A stretch of DNA of 62,579 nt, counting the filler, from Catajapyx aquilonaris (Eukaryota), in NCBI GenBank assembly GCA_000934665.2. It is 2 parts of 2 records of this genome, joined end to end, with 100 filler letters (N's around TTAATTAATTAA, not from the genome) between each part and the next. Parts side by side here need not be neighbours in the genome. Positions count along the whole stretch, not along the records: positions 31,281 to 62,579 come from JYFJ02004563.1; 1 more part is not named here. One strand, given 5' to 3'. Within the stretch, counting starts at the first letter, position 1. Every line of letters starts with the position of its first letter. Of the stretch, positions 59,886-62,579 are shown piece after piece. The notes under the pieces are model-generated. The model searched no databases, was not told where the DNA came from, and saw only the letters and a program-made list of their open reading frames with translations. The translations under genes and the position numbers were made by a program.

Positions 59886-61039
59886 GTAATGCCAAGAAGC
59901 AAAATGAAACTGAAAGTGTTCGAGAGCAAATATGCAAAAAAAAATTATGTGTCAGAAAGTGAGATAATAAGGCTGTTAATATTTAGGGAACCTTTGACAA
60001 ATGTATGTGGCTTCCTTTTCTCATAGTGGCCTTATGGAAACTAATTTTGTAAGCAATGCAAGTGTGCCTATGTCTGAAACTTTACATCAGCATGTCTTTC
60101 TTAATTTTCTGAAATAAGTTATTTTGTTCCTAGTGATTTTCATTTTTAGCAGCAGTTCAGGTGTGTGCATTTGGTTTAATATGGCCATGTATGATGAAAA
60201 TTTGTTTCAATGATTCTAAGCATGCTGTATTTCTACATAAATGTATCCAGTTATTAATCTATTTGATTGAGAGTAATCACAATCTATTTTGACTCTTAAG
60301 ATGTTAACTGCCTTTGAAATAAATTGTATTGAAAATGTATGTGTGATATTACTCTTTTGAAATAGTATTTACCCCTTTGTGCCCAGGGCCTTTATCAATA
60401 GGTTGTGGACTTCGCTCTTGGTTTTGGAAGAGGAGATGTGTTTAAGGTCTAGATCTAGATTAGTACCACTTCATTTACAATTGCCCAGCAAATTATATTT
60501 TCTTAGGATGATCAGCATTCATCTGTTATCACATGCAACAAGAAACACTTCAGGGAAACCATAGTCACAGCAACTGATCCTCAAATCAAGAAAATAAGTT
60601 AGTGCTATTAGATATGCTCATTAATCTCCTTTAATTCAAACTGTACAAAAAGAAGGAGCATCTGATAATTGAAGTGCTTGGGAGTAAACAATGGTAAGGG
60701 TATGGGTTTTACATATCCCTTACCATTGTTTACTCCCGAGCCCTTCAATTGTCGCAGGAGAGTGAACTCCCATCCCAAATAAAAATCGTTTTAGAGAAGA
60801 ACAGTCCTCTTTTTGTTCAATGGATAGAGAATGTTGAAATATCTGCCTTATTTTTACCACTTCTTGTGGTTACAAATTTGTTTTGTGTGTGTTATATATA
60901 AAGATTTTCTGCAATGAAAAAACTTCAAAAATTGTGTTTACTGTTTACTTTTGTGATGAGGAAATCACCTGTTGGCACTTGAGCCACATTGCTTGGGAGG
61001 CTAGATGCAAGGAGGAAAAGGCATTATGAAATGGCTGGG

Positions 61040-61490
61040 TTTATCCAACCTTGTAACTGACTGTTAAGACTGACTGCACACTTAACCTAACCAGATTTGG
61101 CCTGCTGATGGATGGTGGAAGTGACCGGTGTCCTTGTGGTACTGGTGTCCAGGATGCTGCCCATATTCTATGGCAATGCCGTCTTCCTGAGATGCTGGCC
61201 GCCCGTAGGTGTCTCCGTCCAGCAGTGGTCACAAGAGGATTTGGTTGGCCCTGCACTTTGAAAACTTTGGTGCAGGAGATGTGGGATGCTTTCAACATCT
61301 TCTGTCTACATGTCATCTCGGTCTTGGCTGAGATGAACAGCTAACTGGAGAAGATTTTGTAATATTGTATCTTATTTGTAATATTGTATTTTGTTTGATT
61401 TTGTACCTTGCTTGTATCTTGGTCAATAAATAGGGTACGAGAGGCTGTAGAGCCGCACTGGCTGGTCAGCCCTTTACACCCCTTTAAAGT
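61040..61490 (+). mobile_element. 3' end of a non-LTR retrotransposon (ORF2 C-terminal CCHC-like motif plus 3' UTR)
   Basis: ORF 61108-61344 contains SDRCPCGTGVQDAAHILWQC, a CxC..H...C knuckle typical of LINE ORF2 C-termini. Confidence 0.7.
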
Positions 61491-62065
61491 TAACTCTTAT
61501 CAGTAAGTTAAAAGGTTGGAGAAACATGGTAAATTATATTAAATATTGCGATTGCCAGCCACATTTTTGTGAAACAGATATGGTCGGAAACCACTCTACA
61601 CACAAAGGGACATATGCCAATCATGATAATGTCCCAATGCCCATGAGATACCATACAACCAGATGTAGAAAATGCACCCAGCATGCATGACACAATCTGA
61701 GTGGCATGATCTCCAGTAAGAGATCAAAAATATGATTAAAATATACTTCCTGTGCTATTTCAATTTGTAGCTGGTGCATGCGAAATGAAGTTAGAGTAAA
61801 TTATTGCAAGACACCCTGTTGTCCTTATGGAAGGGAACAAAATCCAGATATGAGTAGGTCATTATAAAAACCAGGCTGTCGAAAAAATTTCACAAAATGA
61901 GTTTACCAACAGGATTGGAGAGCCAATACCAAATCCCTATTTCCCATATATTGAAATATGATATTTTCAAAATTGGTCTACCTCACACTGGGTATAAGGT
62001 CACCTGGGCTGTGAAAAGACTCATTAAATCTCAAATTCGTGTTTTCTGAAAGTTTCGTTACTACT

Positions 62066-62101
<36 letters not shown>

Positions 62102-62332
62102 CGACATTTCCCTATAAGGGGTAATCAGCGATGAAGGGAGACACCAGCTAACCCCACATATGAACTCAATTAAAACTTATAAAAATAATCAAACTATACA
62201 CTACCCCCCCCCCCCCCCCCAACCCTGCCCATCTCTGACGACGGACANCCCCCCCCCTCCCCCCAACCCTGCCCATCTCTGACGACGGACAGGGTGGCAG
62301 GTACCCCGACCCACCATGTGCCGGCCAGCAGC

Positions 62333-62401
<69 letters not shown>
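62333..62401. repeat. (AAT)n microsatellite; (CAA)n also at 62065-62100
   Basis: Read directly from the sequence. Confidence 0.95.
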
Positions 62402-62579
62402 GGATACCCTATGATATATGGTGTGATTAGGGGATCACCTGTGATCATTGATTGAGCTGTGATGGATTTTGACTGTGGAGGAATAATTAGAGAACCCATA
62501 GAAGCTATTTCCACAAGAGAAAATCTTATGCCTGATCTGGGGATCAAAGCGCCAGCCAGTGACGTAGCCGGGGGGGGGG

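Noticed and set aside
62194..62547. Poly-Ile ORF, and the duplicated CCCCAACCCTGCCCATCTCTGACGACGGACA
   Set aside because: The ORF is an (ATT)n microsatellite; the duplication straddles a single N in poly-C and is probably an assembly overlap.

Overview
Eukaryotic genomic DNA, most likely from an arthropod or insect: spliced genes, dense transposons and draft-assembly N gaps. Three protein-coding genes can be rebuilt exon by exon with GT-AG sites and consistent phases. (1) A pickpocket/DEG-ENaC channel (+, 4053-9369, 10 exons, ~595 aa). (2) A PP1 glycogen-targeting subunit, Gbs-76A/PPP1R3-like (-, 15447-12358, 3 coding exons, ~556 aa). (3) Ankle2 (+, 37757-59885, 10 exons, ~793 aa, no LEM or N-terminal TM seen). 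The rest is mariner, hAT, Helitron, Sola-like and Kolobok/Harbinger-like elements, MITEs, tRNA-derived SINEs and LINE ends, often nested, with verifiable TSDs. The most notable oddities are: an Ankle2 coding exon that begins with a 5' splice-site consensus (recursive-splice-like AG|GTAAGC); a well-folded but non-canonical tRNA-like gene upstream of the Gbs-76A coding exons; a strand-skewed GTGACAT motif cluster; a probable Gbs-76A/Ankle2 bidirectional promoter; and an unusual number of perfect palindromes and recent inverted duplications. I cannot demonstrate a wholly new biological system from sequence alone. All coordinates and counts were read by eye.
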